A DNA stretch of 64,000 nucleotides. It comes from Escherichia phage EPFV3-03/2025. The position numbers and the translations under genes were made by a program. Below, one piece after another: positions 37,799-47,379 of this stretch. The stretch lies in the sequence record PV435126.1; one strand, given 5' to 3'. Within the stretch, counting starts at the first letter, position 1, and each line of letters opens with the position of its first letter. Below the pieces are notes generated by a model. The model did no database searches and was not told the origin of the DNA. It was given only the letters and a program-made list of their open reading frames with translations.

Positions 37799-38782
37799 TC
37801 AGATTATCTGAATCAGGGTGTTTTTCATCTCTTCTCGGGTACGGATGTTGTTACGATCACGAACAACAGATCCACAACCTTCGCAGCGGTAGGTTTTAAA
37901 TGCACTCAGTTGAGTATACGCCAAAGCCTCTTCCTCGTGAAGGTGTTCTCCACCACAACGTGGGCAACGAACTTTTGACTCCTCATCTTGGTAGTACAAC
38001 GACATGTTGGGGTGCTGCTTAGCAAACGGACGCGCCAGCAAATACAGACCTTCCAGAGACAAGATGTCCCCAACATTATACTCCCGCATCTGTTTAAACG
38101 CCTCAAGATCACCATGAACACACTTGATCCACATTTCAAATGTGTGGTCAATTAGTTTCTGTCGGGCCAGCTGGAAGTATTTACATGCATACTCTAACGT
38201 GTTTGCATTCAAACGGAATGCCTTTTTAATCATCTTGAGGGTGTCAACCTCTTTGTATGGGCTTGTTGGCGGCAAACCGTGAAATGCAAATCGTTGGTTG
38301 GCCCACCCACAGTCAAAACCAGAGTTGTGTGCTACTGCGACATCACATTTATCCAGATAATACCACAAATCTTGAATCAGCTCAAGATCGTTGTGGATAT
38401 CCTCGCCCCACATTTTGTAATCAGGAAGAGCACAGTCAACCACACTGGGGCTGTCTAACCATTTACCTGCGAAAGTTAGCATATAGGGCATAATTTCAAT
38501 ACCGCAGGTTTGAATGTTGGTCTTATAATGCCCAAAGAACCAGCCGTTTGTTGGGGATGTCTCTGTATCATACACCCAAACTTTAGCACCTTTGTGTTCT
38601 TCAAGGAAGCGCTCCGTTGCCTCTCCTACAATCTCTGACATATTCTCTTGTGCACGTTTAAGCTGTAGCCGGATCCAGCTCTCACGTGACTCACGACCTA
38701 GAAATTCACGAGCAATTTGTCTATTGGTGTATCCTTGTTGCTTTAGTGTTAAAATTTGCTCAAGAGTTAACTTTGTCATCAT
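37799..38782 (-). CDS. DEDD-type 3'-5' exonuclease with N-terminal HTH and C-terminal Zn-ribbon
   Basis: Exo I-like VYDTETS, Exo II-like AHNSGFD; C-terminal CPRCGG...CEGCG. Confidence 0.6.
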   Translation of the reverse strand: MMTKLTLEQILTLKQQGYTNRQIAREFLGRESRESWIRLQLKRAQENMSEIVGEATERFLEEHKGAKVWVYDTETSPTNGWFFGHYKTNIQTCGIEIMPYMLTFAGKWLDSPSVVDCALPDYKMWGEDIHNDLELIQDLWYYLDKCDVAVAHNSGFDCGWANQRFAFHGLPPTSPYKEVDTLKMIKKAFRLNANTLEYACKYFQLARQKLIDHTFEMWIKCVHGDLEAFKQMREYNVGDILSLEGLYLLARPFAKQHPNMSLYYQDEESKVRCPRCGGEHLHEEEALAYTQLSAFKTYRCEGCGSVVRDRNNIRTREEMKNTLIQII

Positions 38783-38794
38783 CGTTAAGATTCC

Positions 38795-39016
38795 TTAGTA
38801 AAACTGAAGAATGTCTTTTAAAGCGAAGTCACGATATTCGCCCTTGTCTACATCAAATGCATGCATCAACCACTGCTCTTCTTTATGATACTCTGTAGAT
38901 CCAAACCATAAACTAGGCTCAGTAACGCAGCGATCTGCAACAACACCTTTCCAGTTACGGTATTTCATTCTGATCAGAACTGAATCGCAAGGATTGAATA
39001 CCTTTTTCATCCCCAT
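38795..39016 (-). CDS. hypothetical protein (73 aa)
   Basis: ORF. Confidence 0.45.
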   Translation of the reverse strand: MGMKKVFNPCDSVLIRMKYRNWKGVVADRCVTEPSLWFGSTEYHKEEQWLMHAFDVDKGEYRDFALKDILQFY

Positions 39017-39560
39017 AGAAATCTCTCTCCTCAGTTTTCTTTATAAACTCCTGCATGTATGCCTCAATAGCCTCATGCTTGGTGTACTCTGAATTAATGA
39101 CAAGATCGAGATCCGATTCTGCCCGTGCAATAATCGTAGCCTTAGAGCATCTCCTCAAGAACTTTGTCATATCATCTCTGTAGTTTTTGTGGAGCGGGAA
39201 GTCGCTGTAGTCTTTCTCCAGATAGTCAGCCATCCGGCGCAACGCCTCTGATAAACTGCAATCTGTATACTCGTTACAGTATTTCATCCAGTATTTAAGC
39301 ACATACCCCTCAAAGGTATTAGTGCATTGGGACAAAACACCTCTACAACGACCAGTCAGATGATCATGATCTAAACAAGGCTTACGAAGTGGTTCGCACA
39401 AGATCGGATCAAGACCATCCTGCTCTTCTGACAATTCTTTCCGAAAGTTGGCTATGTCCTTAGAATCTTTTAGCCACCCTCTATTAACGGGGGCTTTGAC
39501 AGCTTTCTTTCTTATTTTACGCTTTGCGATAATCCCTCCAGATGCGCCCTGCCTATCCAA
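38955..39560 (-). CDS. recombination endonuclease VII-like Holliday junction resolvase
   Basis: CLDHDHLTGRCRGVLSQCTN matches Endo VII His-Cys box. Confidence 0.7.
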   Translation of the reverse strand: MDRQGASGGIIAKRKIRKKAVKAPVNRGWLKDSKDIANFRKELSEEQDGLDPILCEPLRKPCLDHDHLTGRCRGVLSQCTNTFEGYVLKYWMKYCNEYTDCSLSEALRRMADYLEKDYSDFPLHKNYRDDMTKFLRRCSKATIIARAESDLDLVINSEYTKHEAIEAYMQEFIKKTEERDFYGDEKGIQSLRFSSDQNEIP

Positions 39561-40141
39561 TAAGCATCTGCGAGATCGGCCTTACCTTGTACCAAATTGA
39601 TCCCATCTAGGAACCCAGGTTCAGATACTTCACAGGCCTTAACCATCAACTTTTTATCCATCGTAACAGGCTTCTTCACAGTATGCTCTTTACCCGTCCT
39701 TTTGTCAAGCTTTTTCTTCTCCTCAAAAGCAAGTTCTTCAGGAAGATGACTACGAGCAAACTTTTTGGCAGTTGTTGGTGTCACTGTGTGGACCTTAAAC
39801 AGGCCGTCATTTTCACAATCAGCTAAGGCATCCCAAAGCATAACTTCAAGACCGTAAAACAACCCAGCCAGTTCACGTGTGGCATCCCCGCGTGATCCAA
39901 AGGAAAGCCCTTCCATAACTACGGTGTCAACGCCGTGCGTGTGGATATAATATCTGACCTGTTTGCAGATCCAGTCAATACGCTCAGCAGCTGTTGCAAA
40001 AGAAACCGTCCCTGGTTTCTTCTCTTTTGCAGATGAGCTTTGAGTTCGTAACACAACCTTATGAACAGGCTTTCCATCGTCCCATACAACGCAAGCTGTG
40101 TGTGTCAACGACTGGTCTATGGATAATAGACGCTCTCTCAT
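39512..40141 (-). CDS. RuvC/YqgF-fold nuclease, putative junction resolvase
   Basis: LSIDQSLTHTACVV and VVMEGLSFGSRGD resemble RuvC-family acidic motifs. Confidence 0.4.
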   Translation of the reverse strand: MRERLLSIDQSLTHTACVVWDDGKPVHKVVLRTQSSSAKEKKPGTVSFATAAERIDWICKQVRYYIHTHGVDTVVMEGLSFGSRGDATRELAGLFYGLEVMLWDALADCENDGLFKVHTVTPTTAKKFARSHLPEELAFEEKKKLDKRTGKEHTVKKPVTMDKKLMVKACEVSEPGFLDGINLVQGKADLADAYWIGRAHLEGLSQSVK

Positions 40142-40473
40142 GCTTCCTCATCCTCCTCTCCTTCATCAGGAGCATAAGCCTTATCTTTGAACAAGACGAG
40201 AGAGCAAAGCTTAACATCTGTTTCCACACTGGTGAACATGCATAACCGCTCGCCCTCAATCAGCTCACAATCCTCTTTTAAAACAGCAGACCATACACGG
40301 TCATCTGCGTAATCATCAGTGTACAGGATGTATGAAATGGTGTCATCTTCATACAACCGCCACATACCTGTGGCAACAACGAATGTGTTTTTTGTTTTAA
40401 GTGTCCCTGTTGTATGATCATCCTCAAAAACAGCTTCCATAATTGCGTTATCTACAGCATTTTTAGTCATCAA
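40138..40473 (-). CDS. hypothetical acidic protein (111 aa)
   Basis: Coupled ORF. Confidence 0.5.
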   Translation of the reverse strand: MMTKNAVDNAIMEAVFEDDHTTGTLKTKNTFVVATGMWRLYEDDTISYILYTDDYADDRVWSAVLKEDCELIEGERLCMFTSVETDVKLCSLVLFKDKAYAPDEGEEDEEA

Positions 40474-41609
40474 ATTGCTCCAACATTTCTAAGAACGTTA
40501 ACAAGTTTTGTTTGATCATTGAATGTTCGCTTCATATACAAACAGTCAAAAATTATACTCATCCATTGACCTACGGAAATTCTGCGATCAATACCATTGA
40601 AGTCAGTATACTTAACAACACCTTTCGGGAACCACTTCTTGTACTGATCAATAATAGCCACCCACATCTCCTTTGGAGTGCTGCACTGAGACAGTAGGTA
40701 GAATGCTGAGGCATCCCCGAACTTACCCTTACCGATAAGTCCTTGATACGGCTTGATATTGTCAGCAGAGTCACCACACAGCATTTGGTATCCGAAGAAC
40801 AGCATCCCGTAACCACCAACCTCTCCATTAGGCTTCATGAAGATGTTCCCCATACCGTTATCGATCAGCATAGGGGTTTCCCTTACAAAATCTCCCTTAT
40901 CGTTTCGCATGGGATCGAACACAAGCCCCGGTAGTGTTCTTTGGTCCTTATCAATAGAGATAATAAACTTGTTGAACTTACCCGTTTTTTGGTAGTGGTT
41001 CCAACCTTCAAATTGCTGGATAGCTAACCAGTCGTCAGCCTCGATACCGTTGATCACTTGAGCATTATACTGCTTTTGGAGATACTGTCTTGCATCTCCA
41101 AGCAGCAGTGGTCGAAGAGTATTGTTACGGTTGGCTTTATATCTTTCCGGCATGGGAAGATCTAGTCTGAAATTACCTGTGCCTCCAAGTACCCCCACGC
41201 ACCGATCTTCCGGAATACCGAGATAATTAAGGACTGCATTAGCTTTACACTTAATTGTGTGCAAGCAGTTCTCTACAGGATCAGGGGTTTGGATATCCAA
41301 GACATCGAAATCTTCTCGTGTCCACGGAATAAACTCCTTGCCAGCCTTTTTACATGCAGCTTCACGGTTGGTATTCTCAGCTTTTAACCAACCACCAACG
41401 GTGTTCTTCTGCCGCCCCCAGAACTCTGTTCGTGTTTTAAACATCTTCTTACGTCCGGAGGCTTTGTGTGTTACCTCAATTGTCCTTTTTTCACAACTTG
41501 CTGCAGCTTGATATGCAACCTGATCGAAGTCATAATAAACTATAGCGTCAGGTTCAAGAAGATCAGCCAGACAATCTATGGACTCAATAAGTGGATATTC
41601 TCTACTCAA
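40470..41609 (-). CDS. 5'-3' exonuclease / flap endonuclease (FEN/RNase H family)
   Basis: NGIEADDWLA (EADD) and SIDKDQ motifs typical of phage 5' nucleases. Confidence 0.55.
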   Translation of the reverse strand: MSREYPLIESIDCLADLLEPDAIVYYDFDQVAYQAAASCEKRTIEVTHKASGRKKMFKTRTEFWGRQKNTVGGWLKAENTNREAACKKAGKEFIPWTREDFDVLDIQTPDPVENCLHTIKCKANAVLNYLGIPEDRCVGVLGGTGNFRLDLPMPERYKANRNNTLRPLLLGDARQYLQKQYNAQVINGIEADDWLAIQQFEGWNHYQKTGKFNKFIISIDKDQRTLPGLVFDPMRNDKGDFVRETPMLIDNGMGNIFMKPNGEVGGYGMLFFGYQMLCGDSADNIKPYQGLIGKGKFGDASAFYLLSQCSTPKEMWVAIIDQYKKWFPKGVVKYTDFNGIDRRISVGQWMSIIFDCLYMKRTFNDQTKLVNVLRNVGAI

Positions 41610-41910
41610 AGACCCTCCTGTTAGTTATTCTGCAAGATGGTTGGATGCTGTAATGGAATGCATCATCACTCTCTGCAATAAGTGACTCAACATCCCAATA
41701 CTTTTCAAAAAGGAACGGATTAGACCCCCAGTGGTGGGTTATTTTCATCAAGGAGTCTGGTATCATATAACCACAGATCTTAATTACATCGCCAGGTTGA
41801 ATTGTGTTTTCATGAAGGTTGCTTGCCTTCTTCAGAATCATACCTTTATGATTCTCGTTTGCATACAACTGGACAATATCTTTATCTTCAACAATAAAAA
41901 TTTTAAGCAT
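41602..41910 (-). CDS. hypothetical protein (102 aa)
   Basis: Coupled ORF. Confidence 0.5.
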   Translation of the reverse strand: MLKIFIVEDKDIVQLYANENHKGMILKKASNLHENTIQPGDVIKICGYMIPDSLMKITHHWGSNPFLFEKYWDVESLIAESDDAFHYSIQPSCRITNRRVFE

Positions 41911-41969
41911 ATCTAGTTCTCCTAGTTTATAGATATCTGACCGATAATATCAGATTAATAACACTTTTG

Positions 41970-42263
41970 TCAAGACTTTTTAGTCTTTCTTGGAGAGCTT
42001 TTTGTTGATCTTTTCCTTTTGTGGTAGATTCCAAGTGCAGCGTTTTCTTGGGCGCACGTTTTAACAGTTCTCAGACAAGAACTTTCAGCTTTAGGCAGGT
42101 TTAACTCCCACCAACCAAGCCAGTAAAGTTCTGATTCAGACAACTGCTCAGATTCAGCCTTACGATACAAGGCTTGCATACCTCTGATGATATCGTCCAG
42201 AGGTGTATCGAATACAAAAGCTGTCTTATCGAATTTCTCTTTTACAGGTTTCTTAGCCATCAA
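41970..42263 (-). CDS. hypothetical protein with basic C-terminus (97 aa)
   Basis: ORF. Confidence 0.45.
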   Translation of the reverse strand: MMAKKPVKEKFDKTAFVFDTPLDDIIRGMQALYRKAESEQLSESELYWLGWWELNLPKAESSCLRTVKTCAQENAALGIYHKRKRSTKSSPRKTKKS

Positions 42264-42717
42264 GGTAACCCTCTATCCACGAAAAGTCAGTCTTCCATTC
42301 TGGAACTTTACTAAGCTCGCGCCACTCTGCAAAGCAGTCTCGGTAATACGCCTCTGCCATACCTCTGGTGATCTTATTCACCTTAGCCAACTGATTAACT
42401 GCCTGAGCATACTTTCCACGGATATTTGCTAACCCAGGATGCACCGATGTGTGACAATCTGGGCACAACGCTATCAGTCCGACAAGCCGGATCACTCCCT
42501 CTTCGAAAGTGTAAAGTTCATGACACTCCACTGGGTGTTTGCTGCCTTTACCGCCGCACACCTCACAAGTGTAGTTGGCTTCTCTATAGCACTTCTTGCG
42601 GATCTTATCCCACTCACTCTTCTTCACAGCGTTTCGGAGGTTATTATACCAAGCTGTTTCTGGGATCAGTTGTACGATAAGCCTGCGTTCAGACTTCATT
42701 AAACGTCCGTCTTCCAC
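42253..42717 (-). CDS. HNH-like zinc-finger nuclease
   Basis: CEVCGG...HPVECHELY...CPDCH pattern. Confidence 0.45.
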   Translation of the reverse strand: MEDGRLMKSERRLIVQLIPETAWYNNLRNAVKKSEWDKIRKKCYREANYTCEVCGGKGSKHPVECHELYTFEEGVIRLVGLIALCPDCHTSVHPGLANIRGKYAQAVNQLAKVNKITRGMAEAYYRDCFAEWRELSKVPEWKTDFSWIEGYLDG

Positions 42718-42726
42718 GTATCCTCC

Positions 42727-42933
42727 TCATTCAAAGAAATGGGTGCGAGGGCAGGAACCTGCCTCACCTTGTTTCACAAGCTCATATAGCTCACCTTGGC
42801 TTGTCTCATAAAGGCAAATACGTTTACCATTGTCCCGATATACATCCACAAGATACGCTGTTTCACCTGCAAACACGACACCACAGACAAGGCATGCTGC
42901 CATGAACAAAATTGCCAACAGAAAATCTTTCAT
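42727..42933 (-). CDS. small membrane/lipoprotein-like protein downstream of endolysin
   Basis: N-terminal hydrophobic segment LLAILFMAACLVCGVVFA with Cys residues. Confidence 0.45.
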   Translation of the reverse strand: MKDFLLAILFMAACLVCGVVFAGETAYLVDVYRDNGKRICLYETSQGELYELVKQGEAGSCPRTHFFE

Positions 42934-42996
42934 GGTTAAACCCTCCTGAACATTCTATGAGGCAACAATACCACGTCCGTGTGGTTATGTCAATGA

Positions 42997-43467
42997 TTAA
43001 TCCAGGACAACGCCGCCTGACTTTTTGAACACCTCGATCAACTTTTCAATCTTCTGTTCGTGCTGACCGTACCCTGCACCTGGAAGGCTTGCCCATCGGG
43101 ATCGGCAAAGATGGATGGCCTGGTGAATACGACCTTCATCAATATCATCGAGCGCCTTACACTCACGGATCAGTTGCAACGCAATCTTGTCCTGACTGGT
43201 AGGGCCAAAATCTGGTAATCCTAACTGCTCCATATAGTGTTTAGCAAACTTCTCCAAAATCTGGTAACGCCCAGCAGCAGAGGAGGTAAGTTTAGCATTT
43301 AACTTAACGTAAACACCTGGATGCTTACTGTAATCGCTAAACAGCTTGCCACCGACTATGACATCATAGCCCCGATCCTTGGTAGGTTGTCTACCGTTAT
43401 CTGTACCTTCTGAATATGCGATCATATCCAAGAAAGCTTTTCGTTGAACATTTTTATCAAGTTTCAT
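42997..43467 (-). CDS. endolysin, lambda R-like lytic transglycosylase
   Basis: QRKAFLDMIAYSEGTDNGRQPTKDRGYDVIVGG...ASLPGAGYGQHE closely parallels lambda R as recalled. Confidence 0.9.
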   Translation of the reverse strand: MKLDKNVQRKAFLDMIAYSEGTDNGRQPTKDRGYDVIVGGKLFSDYSKHPGVYVKLNAKLTSSAAGRYQILEKFAKHYMEQLGLPDFGPTSQDKIALQLIRECKALDDIDEGRIHQAIHLCRSRWASLPGAGYGQHEQKIEKLIEVFKKSGGVVLD

Positions 43468-43618
43468 TTTTCATACTCTCCAGTTCACTCATAACGAGCC
43501 CGATCAGCACCACTACATAGTGTGGCTATGTTGCACAGTGCATACATCAGAGCATATGTAGGTGCCAATTGAAAACACTCATTCAATTGGCTACCGTTAT
43601 CTACTAAACATACCTACA

Positions 43619-44902
43619 CTATTCCAGAACCTCCCAAGTGTCTGGATTAACATTTCGGACGCAGATACCGACAGGGAATTGGTAGTTGTTGTCTTCTGTC
43701 CTTGCTTGATATTTAAAGGTGACAAACTTGCCGATCATTTCCTGCATCCTGCCATAGCTACGCTCCTCGTGCGTGCCTTTCATCTTCATTTTAACAACGA
43801 TGCCTTCCTTGTCAACGCAGATAAGAACACCCTCATCATTCTTATCTTTCTCAACGTCAATAACTTTCACCTCTGCGTCGTTGAACTTTTTCCATTTCAA
43901 TGCTTCAGATGTTCGCTGACCGTATTCGTATTTACCACAGAAGTTACGCATGATAGTACCTTCATACCCTTCGGACATGAATACACCAACAGATTCTTCG
44001 CAATGATCAACTGTGTACGCAATCTCTGCGTCAACAACCCTGATATGGTCAAGCATCAGAGTGGTAATGGTATCTTCTGCATCCATAAGATCCTTGCAGC
44101 GTCCAGACTCTGTTTCTGGATCCCACCACACCTTGTCACTAGGGATATCAAAAATGTGATACTCTAAGTCATAGCTACAGTACCCTCCGTAACGCAAATC
44201 ATCACGAACAGGCTCAACATCAACAGGAATATCTACCTTATTGAAGTTTTTGTATGTTGATAAGCCTGCCTTAATTGCGGCATGACGGCGTTTTTTATCT
44301 GCCTCGTAGTCTTTATCGATCTCGGCCTGAATCTCTTCCTGTGTGCGCCACCGTTTAGCAAGAGACACTATTTTCTGCAGAGGCAGACCATGAATATAGA
44401 TCTCTCCGTCGAGCTGTTTAATCCCGGTGGTGAAGTGGAAAGAACGAAGTTGCTCCAGAAGCTTTCCTTGAATAGGGTAGGACTTATTACCACGGGAAAT
44501 AAATTTAGGCTCCCCATTTTGGAAAACAACAAGTAGACGAAGGCCATCTAACTTACGCAAGATCCAGCAAGGTAATTTAAGTGCCTTTCCACGCTTCAGG
44601 TAGTCATGCACCAGCATGGGTAAAAGGTCAACGCCCTGCTCGCAATCTTCCATATTTTCAACATACCCCAGACGGACTTGTTTTTCCCACTTACTGATCG
44701 CTTCCAGCTCAGCCTGTTGCTCAGCTGTAGTTTCATTGGCACGACCCACGTTCTTAGGTGTGCAGATCGTCTCTTTGTATTGCAGTTTACCATCAAGCTT
44801 GCCAAACTCTACGATAACCTTATCACCATCCGTGAATACTTTCCACTGTTGGTAGCTGTCATCTTTGTTCAGTGCGTACAGTGTTGTTTTGATCTGATGC
44901 AT
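43619..44902 (-). CDS. ATP-dependent DNA ligase
   Basis: Motif I RKLDGLR (KxDGxR), motif IV-like EGYEGTIMR, motif V-like LKWKKF, about 90 aa OB-like tail. Confidence 0.6.
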   Translation of the reverse strand: MHQIKTTLYALNKDDSYQQWKVFTDGDKVIVEFGKLDGKLQYKETICTPKNVGRANETTAEQQAELEAISKWEKQVRLGYVENMEDCEQGVDLLPMLVHDYLKRGKALKLPCWILRKLDGLRLLVVFQNGEPKFISRGNKSYPIQGKLLEQLRSFHFTTGIKQLDGEIYIHGLPLQKIVSLAKRWRTQEEIQAEIDKDYEADKKRRHAAIKAGLSTYKNFNKVDIPVDVEPVRDDLRYGGYCSYDLEYHIFDIPSDKVWWDPETESGRCKDLMDAEDTITTLMLDHIRVVDAEIAYTVDHCEESVGVFMSEGYEGTIMRNFCGKYEYGQRTSEALKWKKFNDAEVKVIDVEKDKNDEGVLICVDKEGIVVKMKMKGTHEERSYGRMQEMIGKFVTFKYQARTEDNNYQFPVGICVRNVNPDTWEVLE

Positions 44903-45171
44903 TACTCAGCCTCTTCCTTAAAAATTTTAAACATCTCTTCTTTGCTCATTACCAACCAGTCTCCCATAAAGTCAACTAACCAATCCCCTTGGTACAAGAC
45001 CAGGTTACCAAACGGCTCGACAAGCTCACACATGCGAAGAATATCTCTGGTTCGAACAGGTGACGATGTAAACACACCTGTATCAATCCACCGTTGCAGA
45101 TCAGATACTGATGAAGAGCTTCCGTCAAACTGGTGTGCTTCTACAGGTTTAGCAAGATTAAATAACGGCAT
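44902..45171 (-). CDS. hypothetical protein (89 aa)
   Basis: Coupled ORF. Confidence 0.5.
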   Translation of the reverse strand: MPLFNLAKPVEAHQFDGSSSSVSDLQRWIDTGVFTSSPVRTRDILRMCELVEPFGNLVLYQGDWLVDFMGDWLVMSKEEMFKIFKEEAE

Positions 45172-45466
45172 TGCAGTCCTCCTTCTCTAATAGGTCTTTT
45201 ATCGGGTAAACAAGCAGGTGCGGATCGTAATAACTTATAGTCTTATTCTGCCACACTATGAACTTAATTACAACTAAATTTACCACATCTTTATCCCCAT
45301 GTAGTCCAACACACAAATTTGTCCATATTTTGTGGTTGAATACTTTGCTGTCGATGTAGATCTTAGTGTCAAACTTATCCTCTATCCTACCTATAAGTTT
45401 AACCAATTCTTTCATCTGATCACCAAACACAGCATCGTTTTCAAGATCTCTAGAGTGCTTGTACAT
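45158..45466 (-). CDS. hypothetical protein (102 aa)
   Basis: Coupled ORF. Confidence 0.5.
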   Translation of the reverse strand: MYKHSRDLENDAVFGDQMKELVKLIGRIEDKFDTKIYIDSKVFNHKIWTNLCVGLHGDKDVVNLVVIKFIVWQNKTISYYDPHLLVYPIKDLLEKEDCNAVI

Positions 45467-45530
45467 AACTTTCTACCTCACTTGCATACTTTCCGAAACA
45501 AGTAAAGCCGGGATCGCCCCGGCTATGTTA

Positions 45531-46244
45531 TTAAATATATTCTGTTACATCCTTGAAGCTCGAAGGCTTCATAATCTTACCTTTACTGTCGAGGAATATG
45601 ATAACTTTATTTCCGTTGTAGAATTCTTCTTTAGCAACAAAACCTTCATAGCGACCATCAAAGCGTCGCTCAAGATCTTTAATCTCCAACTCGATGAGTT
45701 GTTCAGCAGGCATATCTGCACTGGCACCGTGTGAATACCGCAGATGGTTGACGCGTGCAAACTTGCTGTCATTAGATTTTAGAACCTTCCGCATCATCCC
45801 GCACACATCACCGCGAAGCTGGAACAGCAAAGCTGTTGACAACTCTGCTAAGCGGTAAGCAGACGCTCTTTGCTTAGAGGTATTTTTCGCAGCGATCAGT
45901 GTATCATAAAATTCACCGATCTTAAACTTAAGACCTCGCGGATTATCAAACAGGTTTGACCACTTTTCATGGTTATCGTTAACAAGATAAGCGGCATAAC
46001 TTGTGACAACGTGAAGATCGCAGGCCTCTTTTAGGAGATGATCCCCACCATCACCTTTCTCCAACTCTTCCAAAACTTCATTGAACTCTTCCTCAATGAA
46101 ACTCAGCTGAAGTTCGAATGGTGTGTATGATTTTTTCACTTTAGCTGCTACACGGTTCCAATTTTCCACCCAGTTGGCAGACCAAAGGTAGTTTTCAGGC
46201 TGAGACAGTTTTTCCAGGTTGTCGATCAGTTTAGTATTCAGCAT
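45531..46244 (-). CDS. MazG-like nucleotide pyrophosphohydrolase (putative)
   Basis: Acidic helical motif EEEFNEVLEELEKGD...EACDL. Confidence 0.4.
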   Translation of the reverse strand: MLNTKLIDNLEKLSQPENYLWSANWVENWNRVAAKVKKSYTPFELQLSFIEEEFNEVLEELEKGDGGDHLLKEACDLHVVTSYAAYLVNDNHEKWSNLFDNPRGLKFKIGEFYDTLIAAKNTSKQRASAYRLAELSTALLFQLRGDVCGMMRKVLKSNDSKFARVNHLRYSHGASADMPAEQLIELEIKDLERRFDGRYEGFVAKEEFYNGNKVIIFLDSKGKIMKPSSFKDVTEYI

Positions 46245-46258
46245 TAAAAGGCCTCCGC

Positions 46259-47020
46259 TTACAGTTCCATAAAGTTTTCTACGATGTCAATAAATGTTTT
46301 ATCAGAGAAAGCGTCAACCGCCCCGTTAAACCAAACTGGGATGCCGCGATCCTCATACTGGTAAATGTCACTACGTGAAATGCCATTCTCCCCTAAATGC
46401 TGTGAGTCGTATTTGTTAACGATCAGTAGTTTAGTCCCCTTATTACAGGCAGGGAATAGCTCCCAGTTAAAATTGATAACTGTGTTGGAGCACCCTACAA
46501 GGATAACCATATCATTGCTCGTCAGAGAAGTCAACAGGTCATACATGTCTACATACTTTGGAGCTACTTCTCCGAAGAACACTACATTAGGCTTGACCCA
46601 AGTATACTCGCTTGCATCTACCTCAGAGTATCCAATGTCTTTAATTACGTCATTCCCTTCATCATCCTCATAAACTATTTCTGGCAAATACCCGTGGACA
46701 TGCAAAATATCTTCATGTTTTACACCAGCACGCTCCAGCAAATCATCTACATTGGTGGTCAGGTTGATCACACGACCAGACCAGCGGGAATACCACTCAG
46801 CGATCCGGAGATGTGCAAGGTTAGGCTCAACACTCCCCAAAGCTACACGCCGTGCATTGTAAAAGTCATGTACCTTATAGTAGTTCTTGGCAAAGGTGTG
46901 GATGTTACACACCTCATCGATGCTGAAATTCTCCCACATTGCAGTGCCACCAGATCGGAAAGTTGGGATACCAGATTCAGCGCTCAAACCAGCACCGGAG
47001 ATAATGATCAGTCGTCGCAT
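46259..47020 (-). CDS. Sir2-family (sirtuin-like) NAD-binding protein, apparently lacking Zn-ribbon
   Basis: GAGLSAESGIPTFR, TNVDDL, HVHG and VVFFGE motifs; no CxxC pairs. Confidence 0.7.
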   Translation of the reverse strand: MRRLIIISGAGLSAESGIPTFRSGGTAMWENFSIDEVCNIHTFAKNYYKVHDFYNARRVALGSVEPNLAHLRIAEWYSRWSGRVINLTTNVDDLLERAGVKHEDILHVHGYLPEIVYEDDEGNDVIKDIGYSEVDASEYTWVKPNVVFFGEVAPKYVDMYDLLTSLTSNDMVILVGCSNTVINFNWELFPACNKGTKLLIVNKYDSQHLGENGISRSDIYQYEDRGIPVWFNGAVDAFSDKTFIDIVENFMEL

Positions 47021-47028
47021 AAGTGTCC

Positions 47029-47379
47029 TCAGTAGATGTTTTGTTTAATCTCTATTCCAAACTTTTTAAACGAGTCAGCAGCAAGCATGAATTTACGAGC
47101 CGCTGATGGGTTAGAAGTATGCACGAAAATCTTCACGTTGTCAACTACAGGAGGCTTACCAAATACAAATTTTTCTTCCAGCATAGATAGGCAATCGTAC
47201 CCTTCAAATACCTCTCCAAGGTCGTTGTCCATGTGCCACTCAGAAACGCGCCTGTAGAGCTTTCCCTTATCGTTAATAAAATCAATAAACTCAGAGGAAT
47301 TCTTTAGCCAAAGAGCATCTGGGAGCCCATAATTTGACGGATCTCTCAAGTCATCCAGCCACACAATCAACTTCTTCAT
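47029..47379 (-). CDS. hypothetical protein (116 aa)
   Basis: Coupled between RNA ligase and Sir2-like genes. Confidence 0.5.
   Translation of the reverse strand: MKKLIVWLDDLRDPSNYGLPDALWLKNSSEFIDFINDKGKLYRRVSEWHMDNDLGEVFEGYDCLSMLEEKFVFGKPPVVDNVKIFVHTSNPSAARKFMLAADSFKKFGIEIKQNIY

Noticed and set aside
43619-44902. NAD-dependent (LigA-type) DNA ligase
   Set aside because: The KxDGxR motif I with later EG...R and K-x-K motifs and a size of 427 aa fit a compact ATP-dependent ligase; no BRCT, HhH or Zn-finger LigA modules were seen.
23708-45190. Plus-strand ORFs inside the - strand block (for example 23708-24022, 26354-26788, 31479-31739, 43562-44167, 44678-45190)
   Set aside because: They overlap genes with strong motif support on the opposite strand (ClpP-like, nrdD, nrdA, ligase) and have low-complexity, Cys/His-rich translations.
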